Shown: positions 63,562 to 64,000 of the stretch, piece by piece
Numbering within the stretch: the stretch's first letter is position 1
How the letters are laid out: the number at the start of each line of letters is the position of its first letter
Assembly (NCBI GenBank): GCA_963675665.1
Contig: OY776510.1
Coordinates: 3,168,001 to 3,232,000, forward strand
Direction of reading: 5' to 3'
Origin: Spirochaetia bacterium
GTDB taxonomy: Bacteria > Spirochaetota > Spirochaetia > UBA9216
Length of the DNA stretch: 64,000 nt
The notes under the pieces: generated by a model
Seen by the model: only the letters and a program-made list of their open reading frames with translations
Database searches by the model: none
What the model was told of the DNA's origin: nothing
Program-made: the position numbers and the translations under genes

Positions 63562-63567
63562 ATTATC

Positions 63568-63596
63568 AGGGTAAAAGAGAATCGGTTTTTTGTCAA
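63568..63596 (-). promoter_or_regulatory. Sigma70 promoter of the ilv leader
   Basis: TTGACA, 17-nt spacer, TACCCT; ATG follows 6 nt later. Confidence 0.6.
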
Positions 63597-63676
63597 GATA
63601 ATCTTAAGTAATTTTTAAAGAGATGAAGTAGAGTTAAAGTTTGGAAGTTTCGGGGTAATGCGTATATAATTAAACT

Positions 63677-64000
63677 ATGAATATTCCAATTGAGTATTAC
63701 GGAACAGCCGCCTCTGTTATAGTTGCGGTATCGCTGACCCAGAAGAATATTAAAAGATTAAGAATTCTTAATCTGATAGGTGCAGCAGCATTTTCCGGTT
63801 ACGGTTTTATGATAGAAGCCTGGCCTGTATTGGGGTTGAATGCTTTTATATGCATAATCGATCTGTATTATCTGATCGAGATGAGACGAAAGAAAAACTA
63901 CTTTGAATTACTGTATATTGAAAATCCCGGCGAATCTGTTTATCTGAAAAAATTTCTAGAATTTTATTTTGAAGATATAAAATCGTTCATGCCTGATTTC
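63677..64000 (+). CDS. YgjV-like inner-membrane protein (runs off the window)
   Basis: Manual translation MNIPIEYYGTAASVIVAVSLTQKNIKRLRILNLIGAAAFSGYGFMIEAWPVLGLNAFICIIDLYYL...; open to the window end; TATAAT 6 nt before the ATG. Confidence 0.75.
   Translation, partial: MNIPIEYYGTAASVIVAVSLTQKNIKRLRILNLIGAAAFSGYGFMIEAWPVLGLNAFICIIDLYYLIEMRRKKNYFELLYIENPGESVYLKKFLEFYFEDIKSFMPDF

Noticed and set aside
63312-63600. T-box riboswitch upstream of ilvB
   Set aside because: No GGTGGNACCGCG T-box motif; the leader-peptide model explains the region.

Overview
Core-chromosome segment of a free-living spirochaete (Spirochaetota). The assignment is inferred from the murG-cvpA-holB-Hk2-Rrp2 gene order, the spirochaete-type PilZ and ComFB proteins, and the many lipoproteins. 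The window holds about 50 CDS. Housekeeping genes include mutL (partial), ttcA, aconitase, galM, rnhA, comM, htrA, uvrB, coaX, thiBPQ, murG, apt, carAB and ilvB-ilvN-leuA-cimA. There are three tRNAs (Met-CAT, Gln-CTG, Glu-CTC), a TPP riboswitch, tandem ARG boxes and an Ile/Leu leader-peptide attenuator. No mobile element, prophage or CRISPR-Cas system is visible. The most notable observations are: (1) a 1537-aa protein with several collinear motifs resembling SprA/Sov, the T9SS translocon, followed by two paralogous beta-barrel-like proteins (one FecR-fused and split by a -1 frameshift), a candidate T9SS-related outer-membrane system outside Bacteroidota; (2) a pore-less voltage-sensor (S1-S4) protein ending in a HAMP-like domain; (3) an apparently leaderless attenuator peptide and several other leaderless genes; (4) an unannotated structured sRNA candidate with two anti-SD motifs; (5) an array of REP-like hairpins between two tRNAs; (6) a DapF homologue lacking its catalytic motifs. 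All homology calls come from motif recognition by eye; no searches were run.
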